Positions 1 through 10,131 of a DNA stretch of 64,000 nt are shown here, one piece after another. Numbering within the stretch: the first letter of the stretch is position 1; each line of letters begins with the position of its first letter. Position numbers and translations under genes: made by a program. Origin of the DNA: Patescibacteria group bacterium (GTDB lineage: Bacteria > Patescibacteriota > Microgenomatia > UBA10105 > UBA927); assembly GCA_041753515.1 (NCBI GenBank), contig JBGSUE010000040.1, positions 8,290 to 72,289 on the forward strand. The letters run 5' to 3'. The notes under the pieces are model-generated. The model saw nothing but the letters and a program-made list of their open reading frames with translations, was not told where the DNA came from and searched no databases.

Positions 1-1649
1 AGAATATTTTCTTCCCTTTTTCCTTTTTCCTTTTTCCTTTCACCTAATGACGGGTATCTTAAAAAGTACCACGAACTATCTAAAAATGTATCAGAAACGT
101 CCGTCTCACGCCTGGCATCCCCACCGCAATGAGGACATTTTACTTCATAAAATTCCGTATGTTTTGCCAAAGGAGCAATACTGTCATCGCCAGGACGGTA
201 GTCTTCTATACGGGGCAGCAGTACCGGCAATTGACCATTGGGCACTGGAAACCAACCGGCCATATCAGAAAATGCAGATTCTTCTGAATATGTGATTCCT
301 TTTGTAAAACAATATTTACAAAATATCATCGGAATCGGTGGACCCCAATATCTTTGGCGCGAAATAAGCCAATCACGCAGGTGATAGGTAGAAACCCGTT
401 TCCCCCATCCCATCTTTTCCATATGGTCCATCATTGCGGCAGTTGCTTTATGAATATCCATACCATTCAGAAATCCTGAATTCATCATAATTCCTTCATC
501 TTCCTGAACATCGTCAATGTGTGTAATACACCCGTCATTATTGGCTGTTTTAACAACACGTATGACCGGAATATCAAATTCCCGGGCAAATTCAAAGTCC
601 CGTTTGTCATGACCGGGCACTCCTACAACCGCTCCGGAACCAAATCCCATAAGAACAAAGTCGGAAATGTACACAGGCATCAGTTTTCCATTTAGATCGT
701 TTTGACAATATAAACCAGTAAAGACTCCGGTCTTCTTTCTCCCTTCTTGTGCTCTTTCCTCAGATGTAATCTGTGATACACTTTTTATATATTGCTTGAT
801 TTTTTTACTCTGATCCTGATTTATCACTGTCAGAATCTGACTGATAATTTCATGCTCAGGAGATAGAGCAACAAAGGTGGCCCCAAAGTTTGTATCTGGT
901 CTTGTAGTAAAACATATAAGGTCAAATACATATTTATGATCTCTATTGACTACCTTATATGTAATATTGATTCCTTCCTTTTTCCCGATCCAGTTTGTTT
1001 GTGCGGTTTTCACAATGTGTGACCAATGAAGTGCGGGAATGTTTTCCAGTAATTTTTCCGCATATGCGGTAATTCGAAAAAACCATTGTTCTAAAGATCT
1101 TTTTGTTACATTATTTCCGCATCTCTCGCATTTTCCATCTATAACCTGCTCATCAGCCAAAACCGTTTTACATCCCGGACAAAAATTAACCTCCGCCCGT
1201 TTCCGGTATGCCAGGCCGTGTTTAAACATCTCCACAAACAACCATTGAGTGAAACGGTAGTAATCCGGATCATACGTTTCCAGGGTTTTGTCCCAATCAT
1301 ACATTGCTCCTATCTTGTGAAGCTGTGCATAAAATTTTTTCTGCGTAACCAGAGCATGGTCCATTGGATGGCGTCCTATTTTCAATGCGAAATTTTCGCT
1401 GTGAATGCCAAAACCGTCCAGTCCAATAGGCTCAAACACATTGAAGCCGCACATTCGCTTGTAGCGGCCGAAAATGTCCGCACCGGTAAATGCATACATG
1501 TTTCCCACATGCAGGCCTTCAGCGGATGGATACGGAAACATCATAAGATTGAAAAATTTCTTTTTCGTATCTTTGACATCCGTACTATTCTGTCGAATTG
1601 TGTTCCAACGGGACTTCCATTTGGTTTCGATATCTGTATGATTAAACAT
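1..1649 (-). CDS. leuS: Leucine--tRNA ligase, N-terminal part (runs off the left edge)
   Basis: Manual translation from ATG at 1649: MFNHTDIETKW..MMFPYPSAEGLHVGN (HIGH-like), FTTRPDT editing-domain motif, GVPGHDKRD, DTFLDSSWYFLRY. Absent from the ORF track because it is truncated. Confidence 0.96.
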   Translation of the reverse strand, partial: MFNHTDIETKWKSRWNTIRQNSTDVKDTKKKFFNLMMFPYPSAEGLHVGNMYAFTGADIFGRYKRMCGFNVFEPIGLDGFGIHSENFALKIGRHPMDHALVTQKKFYAQLHKIGAMYDWDKTLETYDPDYYRFTQWLFVEMFKHGLAYRKRAEVNFCPGCKTVLADEQVIDGKCERCGNNVTKRSLEQWFFRITAYAEKLLENIPALHWSHIVKTAQTNWIGKKEGINITYKVVNRDHKYVFDLICFTTRPDTNFGATFVALSPEHEIISQILTVINQDQSKKIKQYIKSVSQITSEERAQEGRKKTGVFTGLYCQNDLNGKLMPVYISDFVLMGFGSGAVVGVPGHDKRDFEFAREFDIPVIRVVKTANNDGCITHIDDVQEDEGIMMNSGFLNGMDIHKATAAMMDHMEKMGWGKRVSTYHLRDWLISRQRYWGPPIPMIFCKYCFTKGITYSEESAFSDMAGWFPVPNGQLPVLLPRIEDYRPGDDSIAPLAKHTEFYEVKCPHCGGDARRETDVSDTFLDSSWYFLRYPSLGERKKEKGKREENI

Positions 1650-3774
1650 AGGTGTAGTATATACCATTGTTATAAGGCATGACAAGAATATACATTTCTT
1701 GCCACTTTCGCCCTCTTTATCCCGAATAATAGAAATTATATACAGTTTTCACACGCATATACACGTATAATTTCACAGGATACGTATGTTCGTAAGTCAA
1801 TCAGTCACTCAAAGGTGAAAATATATATATGTCTTATATCAATAGCCTAAATCAATCTAGCACTCATTGGTTATAAGTGCCATTTAACATAATTCGGAGC
1901 TAAATTATCTTGCGGGAATAATTAAATTGAATAGAAATATATTCGTGAATATTTACACCTCGATATGATAAAATAATTATTATAAGTTTTATAATAAACA
2001 TATTATCGGTTATAAGCTAGTTATAGATCGTTATAACGGTATTATTATTTCCCGGATGGATAATTTATTGATCAAGTAGTACTGAGTAATATACTGCATA
2101 TATTATTAAATATTTATTTAAATATGATGTCCTATGGTATAGAAATCTGCGGCTAAATATGTACATGCGTTAAATCGTGAATAGTAATTTTTACACTCAG
2201 GCATATTCCTCATCCTATTCATACAGATATTGATTCATCAAATAGATATGCATCGCTTCAAATTTATTTGCATAGATATACTTTATCAAAGCTTATTCCG
2301 GCATCCTAAAATATTTTCTTACCATTAGTATTTCAGTATTATGATCATGTAGACAAAAAAATCTGCCATTTCCTCGTTTTCAATTTATTCCAACGTACCT
2401 GCTCATACCTTCCACTATTTTATTTTTGTACAATAGGCTCTTGAATATGTATTCACCAGAAGTCGAAGAAACTAGCGAAATGTTTTTGCACTAAATGGAA
2501 TACGGGAATACCGTAAGTATCAATGAACCAGTTCATGATGGTTACTTACCAGATTCACACTTTATGTTAAAAAATAATTACATCATTGATTAATGACAAA
2601 CTACAAATGCTCACTGCTCTCATGTCTGAATGTACCCGACTTTTAAACACGTACAATAAAAACATCACTTTTTTCTTTTGTCGTAAAATATTCAACTCTC
2701 CTCCACTTTACATTTTTAATAGTTATTGATACGTCGTAAAAATTTTTATGAAATTTACATTATACATATAAAAATTTAAAAATTCTCACTATTGCATAAT
2801 AAACCTATAATATATTCTTCTTTTTATAATTATCTTTCCGTCACTAGTCGTACAAAATATTTTGGTATACTCTGCTCTAAAGATACAAATCTAATCTCAT
2901 ATACGTCGTAAAATTTTATATCAAATAAACATACCGGTAATACATATTTATTAAATCGTCGTAAAATATATACATTATCTGTCGAACGGCCTCACGAACA
3001 GGATTACAAATTTTCAGGAGAAATATTTATTAATTAGCCAAACTCAACCGAATATAATAAAACGGGATACAGACATCCACCAATTATTTCATTATATTGA
3101 TTCTATATACACATCTCTATTATTACTTCAGCATTTTACACTTCAATATCAATATAGTACTAAATGATATTTAAAACATCTATATATTATTTAATATTCT
3201 TTTTTATATATTAATACGACTTAAATGGATTGTTCTTGCGTGAGCCCCATAACCGAATCTGCATATCTTTAAATCTTTCATTAGAATACAGAGAAATTCC
3301 GCATACCTTTCCATTTTCAGTCGGACTCCGGGTGTTTGAAAAACCTTTCACTGTCATATTCAACGCAATCCCCATTCTTTATCCGACGTGCGCGATTCAC
3401 GGCTACTATTGTGCTCTGTTCAGTTCACTATCTATGCCGGTTGAGGAATTTTTCATCCGTTATATGGCATTTCAAAGGCTTACGGAAATGAGAGTTTTTT
3501 TATTAACTTTAGACTGTCATGTCAGTATGAAATATGAAATACTTTGAGGCTAAATTAGCAATCTCACTCTCTCATCTGCTAAATATCAATAATATCATTA
3601 GAACAGGAAAATCGTGGTTTTTGAAGCTAAAATATACTATATACTCCTCACTTTCCCCGAGTCATATTCATTTTTCAAACAATAACTATCTTATAGGACT
3701 CACCAAACTGATGTCAATTTTTCACTTTTTCCGGATTTCTATATCTAAAGATATCAATGAAGGACTTAACTACA
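1650..3774. other. ~2.1 kb AT-rich non-coding region
   Basis: No credible ORF on either strand and visibly much more AT-rich than the flanks. Confidence 0.8.
2680..2966 (+). repeat. Phased direct-repeat motif GTCGTAAAA (5 copies)
   Basis: Copies start at 2680, 2733, 2847 (variant GTCGTACAA), 2905 and 2958, all in one orientation. Two share ATACGTCGTAAAA followed by a T-run. Confidence 0.75.
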
Positions 3775-4290
3775 TCAGTCAGCACAGAGGCAGAAATTGC
3801 GGTTCGCAACCGTACATTCCGCAGCGCAATTTGCACTGCATTTGGATACACTCGATGATATGTCCGGATCACCTGGATTCTCCATGACGGTCGCTAAACA
3901 AAAATCATCACCGGATATCTTTTGAGTATACGTCCAGCCATCATCAACTCCCGGATCCATGTCCGGCCATTGTTTCATATATTGCGTATCACACCCGCCT
4001 CCGCCGGCTGCAAAATCGTAGTCCGTACACACAGAACCATCACACACTTGGTCCCCAGCCGCCCCGCACCCCTGAATACTTAATCCTGCTGTATTTGCTG
4101 GATATATTCCATAATCATTGTAATACAGCCGCAAGGCGGTTTTCATCTCCCCAAGTTCGGTCTTGCGCTTTACATCCCGCGCCCTCTGCCGTATTCCCAT
4201 AAAATTGGGAACAATTAGACCGATAATCGTGGCAATCACACCGATGACCACAAGTATCTCTATAAGCGTGAATGCTCTATGCTGTTTCAT
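3775..4290 (-). CDS. Type IV pilin / T2SS GspG-like protein with Cys-rich C-terminus
   Basis: Class III signal RAFTLIEILVV, ARDVKRKTEL..TALRLYYND.G.YP, many paired Cys. Confidence 0.9.
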   Translation of the reverse strand: MKQHRAFTLIEILVVIGVIATIIGLIVPNFMGIRQRARDVKRKTELGEMKTALRLYYNDYGIYPANTAGLSIQGCGAAGDQVCDGSVCTDYDFAAGGGGCDTQYMKQWPDMDPGVDDGWTYTQKISGDDFCLATVMENPGDPDISSSVSKCSANCAAECTVANRNFCLCAD

Positions 4291-4294
4291 ATAT

Positions 4295-4834
4295 TTAGTT
4301 TAACACTTTATTTGTACTCGTGACACCGAAATTACATTCTATCAACGTAGTCTTACCACACTTCAATAAACCGATCGGATCATTGTAATCGTCAGGATTT
4401 CCTGAACCATCATGAAGAGCATCCTGATCATCTAAATTTTCCAACCGTGCATATAGTTTAAAAAAAGTACCTGAAGCATCGCTCAGATAATAGTAAGTCT
4501 GCGTTGATTTCGGGTCTGACGGCAATTCCGCCATATATATGACCTCATTCGGACTCACCCCTTGCTTCATCATATCACCCCAATTGCATGTCACCTGTCC
4601 TGTATCTCCACAGGCATTCATTCTTCCATTTGTTGTCATTTTTGGAAAAGATCCAAAATCCTGATAATAAATCTCTATGGCTTTTGCCATTTGGGCAAGG
4701 TCGCTTTTGCGTTTGAGATCATTTCGCTTCATCATCGTTGCCCGGTAGCTGCCGATAGCACCCACGGCTAAAATAGCTAAAATTGCCATCACGACGATTA
4801 TTTCAATAAGCGTGAAGCCACGATTTTTATTCAT
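4295..4834 (-). CDS. Type IV pilin / GspG-like protein
   Basis: RGFTLIEIIVV, DLKRKSDL..AIEIYYQD.G.FP, LPSDP. Confidence 0.92.
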   Translation of the reverse strand: MNKNRGFTLIEIIVVMAILAILAVGAIGSYRATMMKRNDLKRKSDLAQMAKAIEIYYQDFGSFPKMTTNGRMNACGDTGQVTCNWGDMMKQGVSPNEVIYMAELPSDPKSTQTYYYLSDASGTFFKLYARLENLDDQDALHDGSGNPDDYNDPIGLLKCGKTTLIECNFGVTSTNKVLN

Positions 4835-4844
4835 ATCATCTCTA

Positions 4845-5294
4845 TTATGGCACTAATGGTACACCACTCGTCAATCCGTAATTCACACCCGGCTCCAATC
4901 CACAGGCTGTTGCCGTACATCCCGCTTTTACTATATCAGGATCTGATGTCTGTTTAAGTGTTGCAAATATCCTATACCCGTCACACGATCCAATCTTTCG
5001 GTACAGATACTGTTGTTTGGTCTCCGGATCGCAGACAAATCTGTTCATGCCCTGATTTTCAAATGCAGTTGAACCGCAGATGGAAGGATCGTTGAGCGTG
5101 GCTTCATCGGGATAGCACCCGGTGTCATTGAAATACTGCTCCAGCATCACTTTCATCTTGGCAAGATCCTGCTTCCGGCGCCCGTCAAATCCTTTTTGAA
5201 GCTGTGCCATCCAGTTTGTGTATCCGGCTGCCAGTAGTAGCGCCATGATGGCTATCACAATCAGAAGTTCCATGAGGGTAAAGCCTCTTCTCAT
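4845..5294 (-). CDS. Type IV pilin / GspG-like protein (start corrected to 5294)
   Basis: MRRGFTLMELLIV, DGRRKQDL..LEQYFND.G.YP. TATACT lies 6 nt before the ATG. Confidence 0.9.
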   Translation of the reverse strand: MRRGFTLMELLIVIAIMALLLAAGYTNWMAQLQKGFDGRRKQDLAKMKVMLEQYFNDTGCYPDEATLNDPSICGSTAFENQGMNRFVCDPETKQQYLYRKIGSCDGYRIFATLKQTSDPDIVKAGCTATACGLEPGVNYGLTSGVPLVP

Positions 5295-5370
5295 ATTTTC
5301 AGTATAATACAACATGATCCAGTTGTATATCTTTACAGAGAAAGCCCACGTAGGTATGATGGGGTCTATC

Positions 5371-7383
5371 ATGACATCACGGATTGCTTTGGCAATACTC
5401 CTGTCTACAGTTGCAGTTTTTTATACCGGGTTCGGTGAGATATTCCAAACGCCGAAATTTTTTCTTCTGACTGGATCGACCCTCATACTCCTGTGTATTT
5501 TGGCCGTCAGGATAGTATTCGTCAACCGTATACCCATCCCGCGAATCGGCCTATGGACCGGATTTCTTGCTCTTGCCGTATCCTCGCTGATCACAACGGT
5601 ATTTTCCGGTTCAAACATCAGCGACCAGCTCAACGATCCTGTTGCCAGCCCATGGGTATTTTTCAGTCTTGCCCTTCTCTCGCATTTCTTACAGACTGCT
5701 TCTACCCGGGGAGCCACAACACTGCGATATACATATATCATCCTCGTCTCTATCCTTTCGATACTTTCCATCTATATGTACTTTGGTCTGGGAGAGATCA
5801 TGTTTCCGGCATCAGATATCCTGAAAGACAAACTATTTACTCCTGTTGGCAATCCGTATGTGCTTTTTGCACTGCTCGTCATGGCTATACCGGCGATTCT
5901 TTTTTCCATACAAAACGCGTACAGGCATACCCGGGATATTGATGTAGGACTCTATACCATAGCCGGGCTCTTGGTTCTCACCGGTACCGCTTTTTTAGGT
6001 ATCCAGCTTGCCCAAACAGCTTCAACATCACTCCTGCCCCTTTCTTCCGCCTGGTCAATACTCATGGAATCATATAAGACGTTTAAAAATGCGCTCGTCG
6101 GTGTGGGTTTGGACAACTATATCAGCGCATTCAATGCCGGCCGTCCGGCACAGCTCAACACAACACCCATCTGGAATCTCCGGTTCACTTCAGGCCCAAG
6201 CTTATTTTTCCATATTGGGGCAACTCAAGGATTGGTGGGGATCTTTGCATTTTCCGTATTTCTTATAAACATCGTGAAGTCAGTGAAAAATAACCCGGCA
6301 TGGTATAGGTTCAGTACGATTTTTCTTGCCGTGCTGTCCCTCTTTATCATCCAGCCTCATCTTGCCCTGTGGACGGGTCTCATATTCATCCTTCTTCCAC
6401 TCACGAAAAATTCCAACTCAAACCACGATGCATATCTCATCATTCATCAGCGCTGGGTTGCATGGGTTACTGCATCCGCGACTATTCTTGGCTGTGCCAT
6501 CCTTTTCATCTTCTGGTGGCGTTCTCTTATGGGAGAAATTGTATTCGGCCAGTCTTTGTCTGCCGCCTCCAATAATGACGGTAAAAAAACGTATGAAAAG
6601 CAAATTCAGGCAATCGGGTATAAACCGGACAAAACAGCATTCCATATCGCCTATTCCCAAACCAATATATCACTAGCAAATTCCATTGCTTCACAGGCCG
6701 AAAACAACCTGAATACGCTCACTGAAGAAGACAAAACTCTTTTCTCTCAACTTATCCAGCAGGCCGTCAGGGAAGCGAAAACTGCCACAACTCTCTCGCC
6801 AAGAAACGTCCTGGCATGGGAAAATCAGGCTAAAACGTATCAGGCGATTGCAGGTGTCGTCACCGGCTCCGACCAATGGGCAATCGCATCGTATCAGGAA
6901 GCCATCAAGCTGGATCCGACGAATCCGCTTCTTCGCATGGACCTTTCAGGTCTCTTTATGCGTTTGGGTAAATTTGACGAAGCGATCCAGGAGCTCAAAA
7001 CTGCCTCGTATCTCAAAAACGATCTTGCCAATATCCACTACAACCTCGCCTATGCTTACGGACAAACAAAGGCGTATTATAACCAGGCTGTAGAGCTCAA
7101 ACGGACAGCAGCGCTTATCGATCCCTCAAGCGAGGATGCAAAAAAAGTAGAAGATACACTGAAAGAGGTTGTAATCGAATTAAATGAACAGGAAAAAACC
7201 TCTTTTTCTGAAATTGTGACCGGTATTCCGGCAATAGACCAGATCCCGCTCTCAACTCCAAAACCCGAACCGGTTTTCGAGATCGAACCGAAGCTGGATA
7301 TTCTCCCCGAAGAGGCAACAACATCTTCCTTACCGCACCCTTCCCCAGAGAGCACCGGCGGAGATGAAACAGTAGAGAACTAA
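5371..7383 (+). CDS. O-antigen ligase / O-oligosaccharyltransferase-like polytopic membrane protein with C-terminal TPRs
   Basis: About 12 TM segments, GVGLDNY loop motif of Wzy_C/WaaL-like proteins, then TPRs (AIASYQEAIKLDPTNP, ANIHYNLAYAY). The expected catalytic His of the AHN motif is not evident. Confidence 0.7.
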   Translation: MTSRIALAILLSTVAVFYTGFGEIFQTPKFFLLTGSTLILLCILAVRIVFVNRIPIPRIGLWTGFLALAVSSLITTVFSGSNISDQLNDPVASPWVFFSLALLSHFLQTASTRGATTLRYTYIILVSILSILSIYMYFGLGEIMFPASDILKDKLFTPVGNPYVLFALLVMAIPAILFSIQNAYRHTRDIDVGLYTIAGLLVLTGTAFLGIQLAQTASTSLLPLSSAWSILMESYKTFKNALVGVGLDNYISAFNAGRPAQLNTTPIWNLRFTSGPSLFFHIGATQGLVGIFAFSVFLINIVKSVKNNPAWYRFSTIFLAVLSLFIIQPHLALWTGLIFILLPLTKNSNSNHDAYLIIHQRWVAWVTASATILGCAILFIFWWRSLMGEIVFGQSLSAASNNDGKKTYEKQIQAIGYKPDKTAFHIAYSQTNISLANSIASQAENNLNTLTEEDKTLFSQLIQQAVREAKTATTLSPRNVLAWENQAKTYQAIAGVVTGSDQWAIASYQEAIKLDPTNPLLRMDLSGLFMRLGKFDEAIQELKTASYLKNDLANIHYNLAYAYGQTKAYYNQAVELKRTAALIDPSSEDAKKVEDTLKEVVIELNEQEKTSFSEIVTGIPAIDQIPLSTPKPEPVFEIEPKLDILPEEATTSSLPHPSPESTGGDETVEN

Positions 7384-8346
7384 ACCGGTGAAAAACCCCT
7401 TCACGGCAAACGGAAGCCCCTTTTCCTGATACATGAATACGAGAAATTTCCGGATGAGAAATATGTGAAACAGCAAAATGAAACCAAGAATCGATGCGAT
7501 CAGTCCGGGAATCATACCAAACGGCATCCAGTATGCAAGTGCACTCACGAGTATGAGAACTCCAAACAATCCTACCACACCCACCCCGGAGAGTGCGGTG
7601 ATGGCTTCCTGAAGCGTAGTTGCCACAGGGTCAAAGCGCTTCCGGTGTGAATACAGTTTGGTCCAGTAGTATGCCCGCAGGAAATATTTTTTGGCAATCG
7701 GCCAGAAATCCTCAAATTCATGATGCACCCGGACACTCGGCGCGAATATGATGGCATATCTTCTGGCGATCCGGTAGGTTAGCTCGATATCCTCAACGAG
7801 CGCCCCCGGATACTTTTCATCAAACCCACCAAGACGCAAGAATACGGATTTTTTAATCGACGCAATGCGTGTTGAAAACAGAAAGTAGTAACCGGATTTA
7901 TCCCGTTCGTTGATCCAGTAACTCCAATCCCGCAGAGCTTTGAAATTCGGAAAGAATGCGTCTGTTTTCTGCTCTTTTACCCATACACCGGTTACTGCCA
8001 CGACGTCGGGGTCGTCCTGATAGATATTGGCAAGATTGGCAAGCGTATCGGGAAACAGCACGACATCTGAATCTAAAAATACAAGAAACTTGCCTCTGGC
8101 TTCTTTGGCACCCCTGTTCCTGGCCGCCGCCGGTCCTTTGTTTTGTTTTACGTTTATTATTGTTAAAATTTTATTCTTTTTTTGAGATTTGGGATTTGGG
8201 ATTTGGAACTTTACCCTACTTCCATCATCAACCACAATCACTTCATATGCCGGTGCCTTTCTTGAGGCATAAATTGAGTCCAGAAGTACCCCAATCGTCG
8301 CCTCGCTATTGTGGTATGGAATGATGATGGAGAGATACGGTTTCAT
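7330..8346 (-). CDS. GT2 glycosyltransferase with C-terminal TM helices
   Basis: SIIIPYHN, VVDDGS, GPAAARN.G, FLDSD, GGFDE, EDIEL. Confidence 0.93.
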   Translation of the reverse strand: MKPYLSIIIPYHNSEATIGVLLDSIYASRKAPAYEVIVVDDGSRVKFQIPNPKSQKKNKILTIINVKQNKGPAAARNRGAKEARGKFLVFLDSDVVLFPDTLANLANIYQDDPDVVAVTGVWVKEQKTDAFFPNFKALRDWSYWINERDKSGYYFLFSTRIASIKKSVFLRLGGFDEKYPGALVEDIELTYRIARRYAIIFAPSVRVHHEFEDFWPIAKKYFLRAYYWTKLYSHRKRFDPVATTLQEAITALSGVGVVGLFGVLILVSALAYWMPFGMIPGLIASILGFILLFHIFLIRKFLVFMYQEKGLPFAVKGFFTGLVLYCFISAGALWGRVR

Positions 8347-9495
8347 TTATTGAAGTTTTTTCAGTATCCGGACAGCGTGGGTATTGATATATTCCAACTG
8401 CAATTCTGTCATCCCTGCAAATATAGGCAAACGCACAATTGTGGCTGCAACATCATCTGTCATGGGCAGCTTCCTTTTAGCTCCACCCAGCTTTTTTCCC
8501 ATCGGAGACGAATGAAGAGGTACATAATGCATAGAAACCTCTATGCCTTTTTCTCTCATACCGGCAATAAAATTTTTACATCTATCCGCTGAGTCGAATT
8601 TTAAAGCATAGATATGCCAATTCGGTTCTATCATTTCAGGCGGTACACATGGAAGTTGAACGAATTCAAACTGTAAAATTTCTTGTGTATACATATCTGC
8701 TATAGACTTTCTTAACAGATTTATTTCTTTAATCTGATCAATTTGTGTGTTCACAAGGGTTGCAAGCAGATCGGTGAGCATATAGCTCGATCCTTCCCCT
8801 ACCCACCGGTATATAGACACTTTTCCGGCAAGAAATGCTGCCCTGTCTGTGCCGATTGCACGCAGTATTTCAAGCTTGTCAAAAAGATCGTCATTATTTG
8901 TCACAAGCGCACCACCCTCTCCCGCTGCTACATTTTTCGTGCCATGAAAGCTGAACGCTCCCGCATTCCCTAAAGTCCCAAGATGCCTCTTCTTACCCCG
9001 ATATCTCATATATGAACCAATGCAGTGGGCTGCATCCTCTACAAGCCACAGATTGTGCGCTTTGGCAAGCTGTATAAGGTCTAAAAATCCTTTTCCTGCC
9101 ATACCGGCGTAGTGGACCGTTATGATGCCGACGGTTTTTTTTGATATCACCCTCTCTACATCTCTCGGGTCAAGGCAATATGTCGCGGGATCAATATCCG
9201 CAAATACCGGCCTGGCGCCTTTTATCATTGCAGCAGTAGCTGTGGATGCGAGCGTAAAACTCGGTACAATCACCTCATCACCGGCTTTTGCACCCAACGC
9301 CCAGACCGCCATGTCCATCGCACTTGTTGCCGACGTTACCGGCAATGCATGTGTAGCGCCAGTGAGTAATGATAGTTTGTTGCGCAGAATTTGACTTTCT
9401 GGCCCGTCCGCCACACCACTACCTTCCCGCATTGCGCGGATTATCGCCTTCTCTTCTTTCTGTCCCCAATATGGCTTGTGCAAAGGAATATGCAT
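8347..9495 (-). CDS. wecE: DegT/DnrJ family PLP aminotransferase, closest to dTDP-4-amino-4,6-dideoxygalactose transaminase
   Basis: VEDAAH, FSFHGTKN..AGEGGAL, GTDR..F, GSSY, HYVPLHSSP typical of WecE/RffA. The symbol is tentative. Confidence 0.8.
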   Translation of the reverse strand: MHIPLHKPYWGQKEEKAIIRAMREGSGVADGPESQILRNKLSLLTGATHALPVTSATSAMDMAVWALGAKAGDEVIVPSFTLASTATAAMIKGARPVFADIDPATYCLDPRDVERVISKKTVGIITVHYAGMAGKGFLDLIQLAKAHNLWLVEDAAHCIGSYMRYRGKKRHLGTLGNAGAFSFHGTKNVAAGEGGALVTNNDDLFDKLEILRAIGTDRAAFLAGKVSIYRWVGEGSSYMLTDLLATLVNTQIDQIKEINLLRKSIADMYTQEILQFEFVQLPCVPPEMIEPNWHIYALKFDSADRCKNFIAGMREKGIEVSMHYVPLHSSPMGKKLGGAKRKLPMTDDVAATIVRLPIFAGMTELQLEYINTHAVRILKKLQ

Positions 9496-9579
9496 ATCAA
9501 TTATGAATTAATAATTACGAATGACGAATTTAATAAGGTAAATATTGCACATATCAATTCATAATTCATAATTCGTAAT

Positions 9580-10116
9580 TCATAATTTCTTAATCGTTCT
9601 AGCCGGAACTCCTGCAACAACTGTTTTATCAGGAACATTTTTCGTAACAACCGCTCCTGCTCCAACCACCGCGTTTTCACCCACTTTGACTCCGGGCAAG
9701 ATGATTGCACCTGTTCCGGTATACGACCCTTTTTTAAATACAACTCCATCTTCTTTTGTGGGATATGAATCCTGAAGCGGATGGTCCGCATACCCGACGT
9801 TGATATGCGATACGACGCTCGTCCGGTTTGAAAGTGTCACATCGTCCCCAATCTCTATACCGCCCCGCACATCCAGCATAACCTCATCACCTACAAAACA
9901 CCTGTCGCCTATCGTTAAACGCGAAAAACCGTAATGATAAAGATTGGCAAGCGTAATATTGCCGATAATGGTATCGCGTCCGATCCGTGCGCCAAAAAGG
10001 CTCATAAGCAATACCCTGCTTTGGGGCAAAATACATAAATGGAGAATTTTGACTATTACACCATAAAAAACAAACTTAATAGCCTTCGCAAAACCAATGC
10101 TTTGAAGAGCCTTCAT
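9580..10116 (-). CDS. Hexapeptide-repeat (LbH) sugar acyltransferase
   Basis: IGDRCFVG, ILPGVKVGENAVVGAGAVVTKNVP..VVAGVPAR. Confidence 0.92.
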   Translation of the reverse strand: MKALQSIGFAKAIKFVFYGVIVKILHLCILPQSRVLLMSLFGARIGRDTIIGNITLANLYHYGFSRLTIGDRCFVGDEVMLDVRGGIEIGDDVTLSNRTSVVSHINVGYADHPLQDSYPTKEDGVVFKKGSYTGTGAIILPGVKVGENAVVGAGAVVTKNVPDKTVVAGVPARTIKKL

Positions 10117-10131
10117 ACATACGTATTATAT

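Noticed and set aside
47-1682. Plus-strand ORFs over leuS and the many other short antisense ORFs in the track
   Set aside because: These are shadows of well-supported genes on the opposite strand or in another frame.
1882-1909. Complete dif site
   Set aside because: The XerD arm is perfect but there is no XerC-like arm after a 6-8 nt spacer. Kept only as a low-interest note.
2670-2990. CRISPR array
   Set aside because: The repeat core is only 9-20 nt, degenerate and irregularly spaced, and there are no cas genes in the window.
3230-3887. ORFs 3230..3547 and 3534..3887
   Set aside because: No recognisable motifs or coding-like composition, and the second overlaps a pilin on the opposite strand.
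9501-9791. 96-aa ORF ending NYELRIMNYEL
   Set aside because: Alternative frame of the acyltransferase plus translation of heptamer repeats.
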